Source: an uncultured virus (IMG/VR IMGVR_UViG_3300030376_008664)
Lineage: Duplodnaviria > Heunggongvirae > Uroviricota > Caudoviricetes
Length of the DNA: 64,000 bases
Direction: 5' to 3' (one strand)
IMG/VR virus record: IMGVR_UViG_3300030376_008664
A model generated the notes under the pieces. The model searched no databases, was not told the origin of the DNA, and worked only from the letters and a program-made list of their open reading frames with translations. Positions 18,342 to 27,993 of this stretch are shown piece after piece. The position numbers were made by a program, and so were the translations under genes. Position 1 is the first letter of the stretch. Each line of letters begins with the position of its first letter.

Positions 18342-18970
18342 ATTTCAAGATCAAATAATTGTTTACGGAATACTTTGAAGTTCATCTCGATATCGTATAA
18401 AGCATCATGCAGCCTTTTAGGGTCGTGGTCAATATTATATTTCTTCAATAAAGTGGCTTGAGATGTTTTTAAACCTCTTTCTCTGTAATTTAATAACCTG
18501 TATTGCCAACCAATAAAATCGTCTTTAACTACAGGCATTTCTTTAGCTATAGCTGTGGCTAAAGCTTTAGTATCTAAAATACGAGGTATGAAAGAATAGT
18601 CTGCGCCTAAATTCATAAGTCTTCTCCAGATATTGACCATATATACGTCAAAACCTAAAAGGTTTTGCCCGATGATTAGGTTGTCTGGATTGTATAGATC
18701 TTTAGAAAACTTTTCCCAAACTTGTTTTGGTGGTTCACATCTTCTATTATACTCCCTCTCTGTAAATCCTGTCACTTTAGCCGCGCCCTCTGAAACTTGC
18801 AAGTCGGGCCACTCAATAAACAAATCATTTTTCTCAATTATTTTGTCCCCTTCGACAACCATCCAAGCGACTTGCCAAGGTCGAGAAGTAACCAAGTTTA
18901 AGCCCTCTGTTTCAGTGTCAAAGACCACATATCTTTGTTTTTTGTTAAATCTAAGTAGTGATTCGTTCAT
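18338..18970 (-). CDS. DEDDh 3'-5' exonuclease (DnaQ/epsilon-like)
   Basis: VFDTETEG, GQN..GFD, LDT, HDALYD. Confidence 0.88.
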   Translation of the reverse strand: MNESLLRFNKKQRYVVFDTETEGLNLVTSRPWQVAWMVVEGDKIIEKNDLFIEWPDLQVSEGAAKVTGFTEREYNRRCEPPKQVWEKFSKDLYNPDNLIIGQNLLGFDVYMVNIWRRLMNLGADYSFIPRILDTKALATAIAKEMPVVKDDFIGWQYRLLNYRERGLKTSQATLLKKYNIDHDPKRLHDALYDIEMNFKVFRKQLFDLEI

Positions 18971-19704
18971 TTTTGTTTTTCTAAGTAAGATTCAAGACAG
19001 AATTCATTGCTTCCAAAGTGATCTAGATTCGGGGAGCTTAGAGTAGCAGGTCTCCCAAAGTTTCTGTTACAAATAATTTTGTATGTTTGCAGAGCTTCTA
19101 CATCCCTCTTATTCTTATAGTAAATACTTTTTACTCTCTTGGCAGGTCTATCGATTCTGCTAGAGAATGCAATAACTTTCTCTTTTAGCAACTCATCGAA
19201 TGGGAGATTGTTTTCCTCTACCCAAAACGTAGGTGTTATCTTAGCGAAATCAGGAACACATTTCCTTAAGTGGAAATTATTATTAAAGATAAATGAATCA
19301 TAAAAAGGAATAATTAATTCAACACTATCATTCCAGACAGAATTAAGAAACGCAAAATCTACCTTACCGTTACCTGTATGAGCGTTAGAATAAATCTTGT
19401 AAAGCAGTTTACATCCAACATCATCATTAGCGAACACTACGATCTTATGGTCTGAATTGTCATCTTCTTTTGTGTCGTTACAACAAGTCAACCTAAGTCC
19501 AAAAACAAGATCAATATCTTTATCTTTACATCTATTGTGAGCGGTTACAAATCCCGTCATAGAGTCTTCTACTAAGACTAAAGATTTAATGTCGTTTTCT
19601 TCGCATATGGTGAAGATGCTATCGGGACCGCCTTCAATCTCGTCTTCATCGAGAGTTAGAATACTCTTACCGATAGAGTAAGTGGACTTGAATACAGGTA
19701 TCAT
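18967..19704 (-). CDS. Stand-alone PHP domain of DnaE (degenerate metal site)
   Basis: FKSTYSIGKS (cf. HxHTxYSLLD), VEDSMTGF, FGLRL, VFANDDVGCKLLYKI, IYYKN..D. Confidence 0.8.
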   Translation of the reverse strand: MIPVFKSTYSIGKSILTLDEDEIEGGPDSIFTICEENDIKSLVLVEDSMTGFVTAHNRCKDKDIDLVFGLRLTCCNDTKEDDNSDHKIVVFANDDVGCKLLYKIYSNAHTGNGKVDFAFLNSVWNDSVELIIPFYDSFIFNNNFHLRKCVPDFAKITPTFWVEENNLPFDELLKEKVIAFSSRIDRPAKRVKSIYYKNKRDVEALQTYKIICNRNFGRPATLSSPNLDHFGSNEFCLESYLEKQK

Positions 19705-19738
19705 TAACGTAAGATACCAAATTAAACCATGAAGTCAA
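19705..19738 (-). promoter_or_regulatory. Sigma70-type promoter, likely leaderless
   Basis: TTGACT (19738-19733), 16 nt, TGg-TATCTT (19716-19711), 6 nt, ATG at 19704. Confidence 0.6.
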
Positions 19739-20763
19739 GAAGAATGTGCGGGACAACCCTGATAATATCGAAGCTCAAAAGAACCGCCTTCAGGTATCAA
19801 ATCCTCGGAAAACTCTTCTTCAAAATAAGATTTCTTAAACTGACCTTTATTGTCATAAACTTCGTAATAGAAAAAATCAAATTTCATTGGGCAATGCCAT
19901 TTAGGAGTGCCGTCCTTTTTTAACTCTCCTTTGCGCGTTGCAAATCCACAAAGAAGTTTTCCACTGAAAGAGCTATCTTTGGGAAAGCCTTGATGCGCTG
20001 CGAAATTATATCTAGCATCTCTTTCTGAAAAGTTATCAAGATATTTTTGAATCTCTGTGAGCTGCAACTCAAAGCCCTCTAATTCGTCAGGGTCTAAAGG
20101 CTTCATCCTAACAACACCAGATTTAGAAGCGTTAGGATCTAAGTCAAACTTTAGAAATAAAAATTCACTAACTCTATTTGAGTATTTTGGGAAAAGCTTT
20201 TTGACAGCTAGACTATACATCAAATCTTGCAAATTATCTGTTTGATCTTTGCCTTTGAATACGTCTTTACTTGTTTTAAAGTCTCTGATAAGAGCAAATT
20301 TTTCTTTTTTGTATAAAAAAAGTTTATCAATAAAGCCTCTTACTTTATAACTGATATCCCCCTCATTCTTGATTATGTCGAAATCTTTTTCAGAATATTC
20401 CTCTGTTGGTTTAGATAAATCACCGCCAAAGAAATCATAAGATAACCCATTGAAGATCATGTCCTTCATTAGATCTACATTTTCTTTGTCATCGACACCT
20501 TCCTTTACAGCATGTTTAAGGATAAGTCTTTTTATAGAGGGGACAGAAAAAACATCTTCAGTTTTAATTATTTTATTAAAATATTTTTTTCTTTTTTTAA
20601 CCCCTAGAACTTCAAAAACAAGGTGACATATCGAACCTCTTCTAGCTCCATCATTTCCTTTTTCTGGAAGATGGAGTTTATACTTCGACCAGTATAACCA
20701 AGAACAAGACTGCGCCGTCTTAATCCGACTAGCCGATAGAGGTGTTTGAGGTTCAGTCATCAC
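19735..20763 (-). CDS. PD-(D/E)XK nuclease (RecB/AddB/Cas4-like exonuclease)
   Basis: SASRI...C, GSICH, RGFIDKL, IRDFKTS, QDLMY; C-terminal Cys residues. Confidence 0.82.
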   Translation of the reverse strand: MMTEPQTPLSASRIKTAQSCSWLYWSKYKLHLPEKGNDGARRGSICHLVFEVLGVKKRKKYFNKIIKTEDVFSVPSIKRLILKHAVKEGVDDKENVDLMKDMIFNGLSYDFFGGDLSKPTEEYSEKDFDIIKNEGDISYKVRGFIDKLFLYKKEKFALIRDFKTSKDVFKGKDQTDNLQDLMYSLAVKKLFPKYSNRVSEFLFLKFDLDPNASKSGVVRMKPLDPDELEGFELQLTEIQKYLDNFSERDARYNFAAHQGFPKDSSFSGKLLCGFATRKGELKKDGTPKWHCPMKFDFFYYEVYDNKGQFKKSYFEEEFSEDLIPEGGSFELRYYQGCPAHSS

Positions 20764-21823
20764 TAAGTAATAGAGCAGTTTTTACTTCTTTTTTAGTGAA
20801 GCTAGAAGGATTGTTTTTAACAAAATCGCAAATAAATTTTAATTGTGCATTTTGATCTATTGATTTTTCATTCCAATATTTCTTAATGTCACATCCATCT
20901 AGATGAGCATCACCGAAATCATTATACGGCTTTGGTGGGAATTTTACACTTAAAGAGCTTAAATCAAAGTAGGTAGATAATTTCAAAAAACTTTTCAAGG
21001 CCGCAATAAAGCCTCTATTTTCCCCACTGTTGTTATCGTTATTTGTTGAAATATATATCCGATTAATACGCCTACTACTAAGGTAATTAATAATGTTATT
21101 ATTAACAGATAAACCAAAAATGACAAGAACATTCCTAATGTTTTGTTCGTAAAGAGCCAATGCATCACCTATACTTTCTACTAAAATTACTTCTTCTTTT
21201 AAATTTATTTCTTCCTCTACCCCCGTCATTTTATTGAAAGCTGGGTAAACCCAATTATTACGCTTTCCAATATGTTTCCATTTAGGGAAATCATTATGGT
21301 CATCAACTTTTCTTCCTGAAAATCCAATGATTTGTTGGTGTTCATTATAAACAGGGAAAACCATTCTTCTATACATCTTTCCTACCCCCGCTAAACCTAC
21401 TTGAAAGGCTTTTTGAGTTTCTTCAGAAATGTTTCTTTTGTTGTAGAAGTTATAATTTGGGAACAATCTCTCTAAATGAGAGTTATCGTAAATTTTTTCC
21501 ATTTCAATTTTTTCTTTGGGTTGATAAACAGTTACGTTATCTGTAGAAGAGTTTGATAAAATTTCCTCTGTCTGTTTATTATCTTTAAGAGTAAGTCTGA
21601 TTAAAGCTTCAAAAGGTTTGCACCCTTTGTTTTCAACAAAGTCCATCCAAACACCAGTGTTTTTATATATTTTGACAGCAGTGTTATTGTCTCCATCTCT
21701 ATAAAGGGCTTGGGTTCTCCAATGATCGCCACAATCTATTAGACTGTAACCTATTGATTCCAGAATTCCTTGAAATTCTTCAGAATTGATCGAAGTCTGG
21801 GATTGTTTCTTGGATTCCATCAC
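20753..21823 (-). CDS. dnaG: DnaG-type DNA primase
   Basis: RRMVFP...IIGFSGR, PKW, TOPRIM ILVES..DAL; start codon uncertain. Confidence 0.85.
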   Translation of the reverse strand: MMESKKQSQTSINSEEFQGILESIGYSLIDCGDHWRTQALYRDGDNNTAVKIYKNTGVWMDFVENKGCKPFEALIRLTLKDNKQTEEILSNSSTDNVTVYQPKEKIEMEKIYDNSHLERLFPNYNFYNKRNISEETQKAFQVGLAGVGKMYRRMVFPVYNEHQQIIGFSGRKVDDHNDFPKWKHIGKRNNWVYPAFNKMTGVEEEINLKEEVILVESIGDALALYEQNIRNVLVIFGLSVNNNIINYLSSRRINRIYISTNNDNNSGENRGFIAALKSFLKLSTYFDLSSLSVKFPPKPYNDFGDAHLDGCDIKKYWNEKSIDQNAQLKFICDFVKNNPSSFTKKEVKTALLLSDD

Positions 21824-23297
21824 TGTCTAAATCTTCCTCTCCATTTAAAACTCTTGCTATATCCCTAAGATCTCCTCTCTCTGTGATATTAAAATTATTA
21901 AAATCTAAATTAATAGCATTTTTTCTCAAAGAATCGCCAATGCTTACAGGCTCTACTGCTCCAGCGATATCGCTTCCTAAGTGTCGGGCTTTTACATTGA
22001 TAAGTTTATGTGTTCCAAATCTCCCGCCTTCCGTCTCTACTTCGTCTGTAGTTTTACTGCGAAGAATGAACATATGAGAGCAGAATTGAGTAATCCTATC
22101 TGATAGAGAAACAATAGACTCATCATCGACTATGTTTTGAGAAGTCCTGTTGGTTGTTATACCATATCTGTTGGATTGAACTGATGTGATCATAGGAATA
22201 ACAGGGTTGCCGTCATGTAGGATTTCTTTTTGCACACACTTCTTAAATTTATCAACCATTTCTCCAACGACTTGCCATTCTGATTTATTCCCATTATTTT
22301 CAGACGTTGTTTTGATATAATCGAAAGAAAAAACCATCTGGTTACCCCTGCCGACTTTAGAATAATAAAATCTCTTTAGAGTGTTGACCATAGAGTCCAC
22401 ATCCATACCTCCGACATTGTAATAGTAGAATTTTAAGTTTTTAACTCTAGGCCAGACAGCTCTGACTTTATCTACCACATCCTGTCCAGCTTGCCTCCAT
22501 TTACCATTTTCTAATAAATGCATCGGCACTCCAGATAGAGCAGCACATTGTCTCATGATCAGTTCTTCTTTACTCATCTCACCATTGTCGAAGTGCAGGA
22601 CAGGGACATCATACTGCAAGCTGACTTTGGTAGAGTAGTCCATACAAAACTGTGTCTTACCGACACCAGAACGAGCCACAATAACTGTAATATTACCAGC
22701 TCTTAAAAGAGAGCCATAAATATCATTTATCTTCCCATGTGGACCCATCATGCCGAATTCAGTAACGGGATTATTCCCACGCTCTTCAACAAGAGCTTCC
22801 ATTTCCTCGTAAATGTTCTCTGGGGTGTCGTTTCCTATCTCGTAAAGATTAATTCGAGAATTATAAACATTGTCAGCAACCTCTATGATGTCTCTATAAG
22901 AAGATTCTGGAGCTATGTTCTTCATCTTCTTCGCTATCTCTTGAGAAGACTCTAGTATTTCTCTTCTAATTGTATACTTTTTAAGTTCTTTAGCTGTCTT
23001 TAAAATATTACCTTTAGGGACTTTCCTCAAAGACAAAGACTTAATATAATCAGAAGGGTTGAGATTGTCCTCAAAAGATAATCCAACCTCATTTACTCTT
23101 TGCGCGATTATGATCTCATCAATTTCATCACCCGCATCGATAGCTTGTTTAATAATTCTAAAGATCGCAGAATGCAAAGAACTTTGTTTAGAATAAAAAT
23201 CTGAATTACTAATAAAATTAGAAATCTCCGCAAGGCTTTCTGGCTCTTTGAGCAAGCCAGCTAACAACTGTTTTTCTAGTTCGAAATTGTATATCAT
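21780..23297 (-). CDS. dnaB: Replicative DnaB-type helicase
   Basis: DnaB N-domain (E..LL..L, DFY...H..IF), Walker A ARSGVGKT, EMS, FDYIK, QSNR, KARH. Confidence 0.9.
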   Translation of the reverse strand: MIYNFELEKQLLAGLLKEPESLAEISNFISNSDFYSKQSSLHSAIFRIIKQAIDAGDEIDEIIIAQRVNEVGLSFEDNLNPSDYIKSLSLRKVPKGNILKTAKELKKYTIRREILESSQEIAKKMKNIAPESSYRDIIEVADNVYNSRINLYEIGNDTPENIYEEMEALVEERGNNPVTEFGMMGPHGKINDIYGSLLRAGNITVIVARSGVGKTQFCMDYSTKVSLQYDVPVLHFDNGEMSKEELIMRQCAALSGVPMHLLENGKWRQAGQDVVDKVRAVWPRVKNLKFYYYNVGGMDVDSMVNTLKRFYYSKVGRGNQMVFSFDYIKTTSENNGNKSEWQVVGEMVDKFKKCVQKEILHDGNPVIPMITSVQSNRYGITTNRTSQNIVDDESIVSLSDRITQFCSHMFILRSKTTDEVETEGGRFGTHKLINVKARHLGSDIAGAVEPVSIGDSLRKNAINLDFNNFNITERGDLRDIARVLNGEEDLDSDGIQETIPDFDQF

Positions 23298-23539
23298 TAA
23301 TCTTCTTCTATTATTTCGTTAGATGCATGTTGGAAATGATTTTCCAGAGCTTTTGTTAGAGCAAATTCCGTCATACCGCAATCAAATTTACAATAAATAA
23401 GTGGCTTACCGTTTTCAGAAGAAGCGGCGAGAATAACACCTTTATACTTATCAGCCCCGCCCGAAAGCTCGTAAAGCTTATCAACCATCTCTGTCGGAAT
23501 GCAAAATTCCTTGTCTTCACTGCCTTCTGGTAATTTCAT
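23297..23539 (-). CDS. Hypothetical protein
   Basis: 80 aa; coupled to neighbours on both sides. Confidence 0.7.
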   Translation of the reverse strand: MKLPEGSEDKEFCIPTEMVDKLYELSGGADKYKGVILAASSENGKPLIYCKFDCGMTEFALTKALENHFQHASNEIIEED

Positions 23540-23943
23540 AAATAAATGTCTTGCTCTGTAAATAAAGAGGCTTGGATTTCGTCTTTTGGATAAATTTCTG
23601 CTAGCTTAATATCATTAGCCTTGCAGAAGTTTAGTTTGTGCTCATCTCTTTTAAGTTGATCGGCATATTTAAAATGGTTTTTATGAAAAAACTTAACAAA
23701 TTTTGTGTGTTGCGCTCCCTGAACTTCTACGGCTATTTTTTTATTAGCATTATAAAAGTCTAAAGTTAACCTGCTGCCAACCACACGAAACTCTTCGAAA
23801 ACAATGTCATTTTTCCAGTATTTATATAAGAATTTTTTTACAGTAGTTTGAAATTTACTTCTGCTAGGTTTTTCCCAATCAATTAAATATTTCTTTGCAT
23901 TTTTAAGGTTTCTTTCTTTGCCGTATCGGTCAACGAATTTCAT
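23536..23943 (-). CDS. Vsr/DUF559-like endonuclease
   Basis: EEF...LDFY...IAVEVQGAQH...RD..K..FC..NDI. Confidence 0.75.
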   Translation of the reverse strand: MKFVDRYGKERNLKNAKKYLIDWEKPSRSKFQTTVKKFLYKYWKNDIVFEEFRVVGSRLTLDFYNANKKIAVEVQGAQHTKFVKFFHKNHFKYADQLKRDEHKLNFCKANDIKLAEIYPKDEIQASLFTEQDIYL

Positions 23944-25052
23944 GCTACAATTTGTTCTTTGAAATAGTTAATCAGAAATTCACACAAGTCTTTATTGTCT
24001 TCGATAATTTTAAATAAGTTATTATCCCCTTGTATTTTTTCTGGAAAGTCAAATTTGTTTTCTTTTAGTAACTCTAAAAAATCTTCTGTAGGTTTAATCC
24101 AAGCCCCCTTCTTCTGCATAAACTCCCAAGCGTATAGCAAGTCTACAACTTCTTTTTCTACCCAAATAGATGTGCCATTACTACGTCCATATTTTATAGG
24201 ATAAGAAATAGTCATGTTGGTGTTTTCATGAGCGGATTTTTTGATTGTTATTTTCGCGTGATGACCAATGATCGGATTTTTTTTGGAGTCTATAGTTTTT
24301 ACAGTTGGATTTTTCAAAATCAGATCGCCCTTAAATCTAGGTTCAAATTCCATGATATTGTTAGCGAAGTGTAACAACGCATTGCCTCCTGTAGCTGTAG
24401 TCTGTCGAACGGGAGCTTTTGAATAAGGATCTAGTTTAATGTCTGCTCGAACTTGGCTAATGAAGATAGCCATATGCCCTCTTTTGCCTAAAGCAGTGCT
24501 AGTTTTTTTACAAAAATCAGAAGCAATAACAGCACCACCTGCTACCTTGCTACTCTCTTCAAAGCCTTTAGCTAAATCATCCTTCTTGATTAAGCCGTCT
24601 ACAGAATCTAGAATAAAGCAATATTTAATCTTTTCATCATTATTGGTGATCAACTGTCTGATTAGAGTCATAGCAGCTTCGTAAACATTACTTTCGAAAA
24701 CAAAACAAGTTCCATCCACCCAGTCTTCTGGAGAAAACACAAATTTAACACCAGATCTTTCCTTTACTTCTGGACCTAGCCTTCCTTCCGCTTTGATATA
24801 CACACCTCTAGATTTATCCACACTAGTTAAAAAGTTCTTCATAACCTGCAAAGATTCAGAGGTTTTGCCACCTTCATTAACTCCTGTAAATCGATGCAAC
24901 CCAGGACCGAAGCCTCCTGCAAGATGGTAATCTAACTGCAAGGAACCACTGGAGACTTTATATTCTACAGTGTCTTCGAAATTAAAATGATCGTCCTTGT
25001 TTGCTTTTAAAAAATTGCCAAGGATATTTGCTGGTTCTATGTTATCACTCAT
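23940..25052 (-). CDS. recA: RecA-family recombinase
   Basis: SSGS..LD..L.GG, Walker A GVNEGGKT, ILDSV, ISQVR, TGGNAL.F, KKGAW. Confidence 0.88.
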   Translation of the reverse strand: MSDNIEPANILGNFLKANKDDHFNFEDTVEYKVSSGSLQLDYHLAGGFGPGLHRFTGVNEGGKTSESLQVMKNFLTSVDKSRGVYIKAEGRLGPEVKERSGVKFVFSPEDWVDGTCFVFESNVYEAAMTLIRQLITNNDEKIKYCFILDSVDGLIKKDDLAKGFEESSKVAGGAVIASDFCKKTSTALGKRGHMAIFISQVRADIKLDPYSKAPVRQTTATGGNALLHFANNIMEFEPRFKGDLILKNPTVKTIDSKKNPIIGHHAKITIKKSAHENTNMTISYPIKYGRSNGTSIWVEKEVVDLLYAWEFMQKKGAWIKPTEDFLELLKENKFDFPEKIQGDNNLFKIIEDNKDLCEFLINYFKEQIVA

Positions 25053-25392
25053 TTAAAAAGTCTTTTATTGTTTTAGTTTTACGAGATATATTGGCATCTT
25101 GCCCCGACTTGTCGCCTATATCATAGGTCTTATACTTAGATAAGTCAACCTTAAAATTGAAAGCTCTGAATTTTTCGTCGAGAGTTTCTTTAAGCTTGTC
25201 GCTAACAAGATAAGCTAAAGAGTCAAACTTCTTGTCGAAGTAGACAATAGCCATGAAATCCTGCGAGTAACGATCACAAAGATCGTTAAGCATTTTCATT
25301 TCCCTAGCAAAAAAAGGTCTTCTTCCTTTATCGGGAACGTCTAATAATCTAAATAAGATTTCTCTTTTATTAAGACCCTTTTTTTTGCTCAC
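25045..25392 (-). CDS. Hypothetical protein
   Basis: 115 aa within the coupled replication operon. Confidence 0.7.
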   Translation of the reverse strand: MSKKKGLNKREILFRLLDVPDKGRRPFFAREMKMLNDLCDRYSQDFMAIVYFDKKFDSLAYLVSDKLKETLDEKFRAFNFKVDLSKYKTYDIGDKSGQDANISRKTKTIKDFLNE

Positions 25393-26438
25393 GGATAAGG
25401 GTAAACCGCCGCTACATCGCGGTCAACCATTTTTTTCACAAGCTGGAAAAAACTAGTTTTTGGCTCCCAACCCAACTCTTCTCTAGCTCTAGTAGAGTCT
25501 CCCCATAACAAATCAACCTCTGCTGGTCTGTAAAAATCTTTGTTGATCTCTACAAGAAGATCAGATCCGTGAAAATACTTTTCTTCCAACCCTTCACCCT
25601 TCCATTTGCATTGACTTCTATGAAATCCAGCAAAATTAAAAGCCTCTTCCACAAACTCTCTAATAGTGTGAGTATCATTGGAAGATAAAACATATTCTTT
25701 TGGATCTTTCCTATCTTGGTTCAACATCAACCAAACACCTTGAACAAAATCTTCAGCATCACTCCAGTCTCTTTTTGCATCTACATTGCCTAATTGTAAA
25801 GGTTCGATTTCTTTACCTAATTCAAATTCTACAAGAATTCTGGCGACATTTTTTGTAATTTTGCGAGTCACAAACTCTTCTCCTCTTCTTACTCCTTCAT
25901 GGTTGAACAAAAACCCTTGCACAGCATAAATATCGTATGAATCTCTATAAACTTTGACCAAATGCCTAGCGGAGCATTTAGCAGCCCCATACGGGCTTCT
26001 AGGGCGTAAAGGGTGTTCTTCTGTTTGTGGAGACTCTACAATATCGCCAAACTCTTCAGAGCTGCCAGCGTTGTAATATCGGCAATTGGGAGAGTGTCTG
26101 CGAATAGCTTCTAATTGATGCAAAACAGCCATAGCATTTGTCTCCATATGTTGAGTCGGCATTTTCCAACTAGTTCCGACAAAAGAGTTTGCTGCAAAAT
26201 TTATAAAATAGTCAGGCTTGTGTTCAGATACAACTCTTTCTGTGTTTTGAGGGTCTGAAACATCTAAATCAATAAGAAAGAATCTATCGTTATCTTCTAG
26301 GTGTTCGATGTTTTTGTGGTTTTTGACACTAAGTCTTCTAGCCCCTCCAATAATTGTATGTTTTGTATGTTTTAAAAGATAATCAGCCATAAGGCTACCA
26401 TCTTGACCTGTAACTCCTGTAATAATAATTTTTTTCAT
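25389..26438 (-). CDS. gmd: GDP-mannose 4,6-dehydratase
   Basis: ITGVTGQDGS, PRSPYGAAK, LFNHE..RRGEEFVTRKIT, LGN.DAKRDW, RPAEVDLLWGD. Confidence 0.93.
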   Translation of the reverse strand: MKKIIITGVTGQDGSLMADYLLKHTKHTIIGGARRLSVKNHKNIEHLEDNDRFFLIDLDVSDPQNTERVVSEHKPDYFINFAANSFVGTSWKMPTQHMETNAMAVLHQLEAIRRHSPNCRYYNAGSSEEFGDIVESPQTEEHPLRPRSPYGAAKCSARHLVKVYRDSYDIYAVQGFLFNHEGVRRGEEFVTRKITKNVARILVEFELGKEIEPLQLGNVDAKRDWSDAEDFVQGVWLMLNQDRKDPKEYVLSSNDTHTIREFVEEAFNFAGFHRSQCKWKGEGLEEKYFHGSDLLVEINKDFYRPAEVDLLWGDSTRAREELGWEPKTSFFQLVKKMVDRDVAAVYPYP

Positions 26439-26848
26439 AAAATCCAATCAGAACAAACCCCGAAAGATTTGTAGTTTTTCTCTTTCCAGTTTTTTGTATT
26501 ATCTACAATAACGGATTTTTCCGAAACAGGTTTGTTTGGAAAAGTCCATATAAAATGTTTAGACGTTAAAGAAAAATCATCTTCTTCGTGCCAAAAAAAA
26601 TTTAGATATCTTGGTATAGAATTTAATGCTGATAAGTTTTTTGCATGAATCCACAATTTTGGTTTGCAAAAAAAATTTATGTTAACTTCATGCTCTGGAT
26701 GATCATGACCAAGATACCATTTGCTGTCTTCTCTCCACAAATCTATTTCACAATCAAAGCCTAACCGCAAAACCTTTTGGATCTGGTCGGGATGATTTTC
26801 TAAATTAGATGGCCCTTCTAGATTTCCTCTATGAGATATTAAGATCAT
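26435..26848 (-). CDS. Truncated GDPD/PLC-like phosphodiesterase-fold protein
   Basis: ISHRGN...EN, CEID, LGHD, WIHAKN, GVCSD. Confidence 0.7.
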   Translation of the reverse strand: MILISHRGNLEGPSNLENHPDQIQKVLRLGFDCEIDLWREDSKWYLGHDHPEHEVNINFFCKPKLWIHAKNLSALNSIPRYLNFFWHEEDDFSLTSKHFIWTFPNKPVSEKSVIVDNTKNWKEKNYKSFGVCSDWIL

Positions 26849-27993
26849 TTTTTGCTTATTCTAGTCATATGTCTACCTCCATCAAAAGATGACCTTACTA
26901 ATGTATTTATAATATCTTTAAGAGAAGAAATGGATGTATACTTAGAAGGTATAGAAAAAAAGTTAGCACAATTATGTCTGCGAGACATTTCTGCTGTATA
27001 TTCGTCAAAAATTAATGCAGCCCTTACCTCTTTTTTATCATTTGCTAAAATATTAACACCTTGACCAGTTCTGCAAAAACCTAAAATAAAATCACAAGTT
27101 TTGTTATTTAAGGATTCTACCGCTTGGTTCACATAAGCGTTGTAGTCTACATCTTTCTCTACATGGCATCCAAAATCAACGTATTCAATACCTAAAGATT
27201 CCAAAACGTTTTTAGCGTCTTGCTTCCTTTGGTAGCCAGAGTGATCACAACAAAGACCTACAGGTTTTTCACCAAATCTGTAAGCCACTTTATCAACAAA
27301 AAATTCTAATTCTTCTGGAGTTCCTAGCACATGCATTTTTTCAACCTGCTTAATACTAACGCTACGACCATCTCTAATAAGCAAATTATACATGGGGCAA
27401 ATATAAAACTCATCTTTCGTTCTAATGTCTTTTTTTACAAGCTCTTCAGCATATTCGACAAAATATCTACCTTTTTTAAAATAATAAACACCAACAGCCG
27501 CATCTGAACTAATTACTTGTTTTTCTGCTGTTTTAGTCGCGTATCCATTTTCGTCTGTAGCTACATAACTGTGAGCTGGGCTATTAGCTTTAAAAGTCAG
27601 CAAGAGGCCATCTAAATTTTCATTTATCTCATCAGGATCAAATTTGTTTTGGAAATAAACATCTGGGGTGTAAATAATTAAGGGAATATCGTTATCAATA
27701 TATTCTTTGGCTAACAAGCATGTCGAAACAGATCCATCTGTATCGTGATCAATAACTACAATCTTTACATTTTCTCCAAACTTTTGTTTTAAAATCTCAT
27801 CTATAGAGAAATTATTTATATGCTCAAGCCTTACAGCGAAAATCAAATTACAATTTTTTGTGTCGATGGACTCCATAGCCCAATCAATAACTTGTTTTGT
27901 TTTAGCCATAATTAAAGGCTTCGGCATGGTATAACCTTGATTAGCAAATCTTTGAGCCTTACCAGCTATGGGTAAAAGTAAATTATATTTCAT
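26845..27993 (-). CDS. Sugar-phosphate nucleotidyltransferase fused to RpiB/LacAB isomerase
   Basis: N-part IAGKAQRF...PKPLI...EK...GVYYF...EFY..P.YN...LGTPEEL; C-part CDHSG, DFG, FCRTGQG, RRHN.AN, FDGGRH..R. Confidence 0.85.
   Translation of the reverse strand: MKYNLLLPIAGKAQRFANQGYTMPKPLIMAKTKQVIDWAMESIDTKNCNLIFAVRLEHINNFSIDEILKQKFGENVKIVVIDHDTDGSVSTCLLAKEYIDNDIPLIIYTPDVYFQNKFDPDEINENLDGLLLTFKANSPAHSYVATDENGYATKTAEKQVISSDAAVGVYYFKKGRYFVEYAEELVKKDIRTKDEFYICPMYNLLIRDGRSVSIKQVEKMHVLGTPEELEFFVDKVAYRFGEKPVGLCCDHSGYQRKQDAKNVLESLGIEYVDFGCHVEKDVDYNAYVNQAVESLNNKTCDFILGFCRTGQGVNILANDKKEVRAALIFDEYTAEMSRRHNCANFFSIPSKYTSISSLKDIINTLVRSSFDGGRHMTRISKK

Noticed and set aside
15171..19704. Split intein joining the DnaE pieces
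   Set aside because: No N-intein (CL/CF start) after the PHP and no HN-C/S/T junction at the start of the core.
19735..20763. Cas4 as part of a CRISPR-Cas system
   Set aside because: No array or other cas genes; sits in the replication operon like a typical phage exonuclease.
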